DNA of 5,209 bases from positions 1 through 5,209 of IMG/VR virus record IMGVR_UViG_2690315922_000002; one strand, 5' to 3'. The notes below the pieces were generated by a model. It was given only the letters and a program-made list of their open reading frames with translations, made no database searches and was not told the DNA's origin. Below, in pieces: positions 5,032 to 5,209 of the stretch. The translations under genes were made by a program, and so were the position numbers. Numbering within the stretch: the first letter of the stretch is position 1; each line of letters starts with the position of its first letter. Source of the DNA: a virus. Lineage: Duplodnaviria > Heunggongvirae > Uroviricota > Caudoviricetes.

Positions 5032-5209
5032 TTGTGTTTAATCCTTCTTTATATGAATGACAACATTAGCACAACATTTCTGAAATGCATAACCAACCAA
5101 ACACAAAGCATACAAAACAATCACCTTATCCGCTGTGGTACGGTGCGGTGTTCTTTGCATAAAAGAAAACCAGCGCAATGGCTGGCTTCGTGAAAGCGGG
5201 TGGCAAGAG

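Noticed and set aside
5171-5186. Hairpin CCAGC-GCAATG-GCTGG near the window end
   Set aside because: A 5-bp stem not followed by a T-run; too weak to call a terminator.
4993-5193. Plus-strand ORF 4993-5193 (66 aa)
   Set aside because: Low-complexity translation in AT-rich DNA, no ribosome-binding site, and it overlaps the better-supported antisense ORF; likely spurious.
4226-5209. Search for tRNA genes or toxin genes between Q and the lysis region (as in Shiga-toxin phages)
   Set aside because: No tRNA-like conserved elements (no GTTCGAATC-type T-arm, no cloverleaf-sized GC-rich block) and no long ORF; the segment is too short and AT-rich for stx-like cargo.
1-5209. CRISPR arrays, IS elements or integrase/attachment sites
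   Set aside because: No regularly spaced direct repeats, no terminal inverted repeats flanking a transposase-sized ORF, and no recombinase ORF in the window.

Overview
This window reads as the right end of the early region of a lambdoid (lambda-like) prophage or phage, all on the + strand: a nin-type gene string running into the late-gene antiterminator Q and its late promoter pR'. In order: the 3' end of an upstream ORF, an intrinsic terminator, two unrecognised small ORFs, ninB, a Dam-type N6-adenine methyltransferase, ninE, an unknown ORF, ninF, an unknown ORF, a DUF1364/YbcO-like protein, rusA, ninH and Q. Most gene junctions are ATGA start/stop overlaps. Q and the pR'/qut promoter look nearly identical to phage lambda as I remember it; no alignment could be run. 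Downstream of Q the late leader is rearranged. About 350 bp is inserted right after the promoter and carries an in-frame remnant of an HNH/AP2 homing endonuclease. A stretch resembling the 5' part of lambda 6S RNA follows, and then an AT-rich segment replaces the lambda tR' region and encodes a small antisense ORF. I found no tRNA, rRNA, CRISPR array or complete IS element. The most unusual items are the remodelled late leader, the methyltransferase flanked by a 14-bp junction repeat, and several small unrecognised ORFs; none of these amounts to a demonstrated new system.
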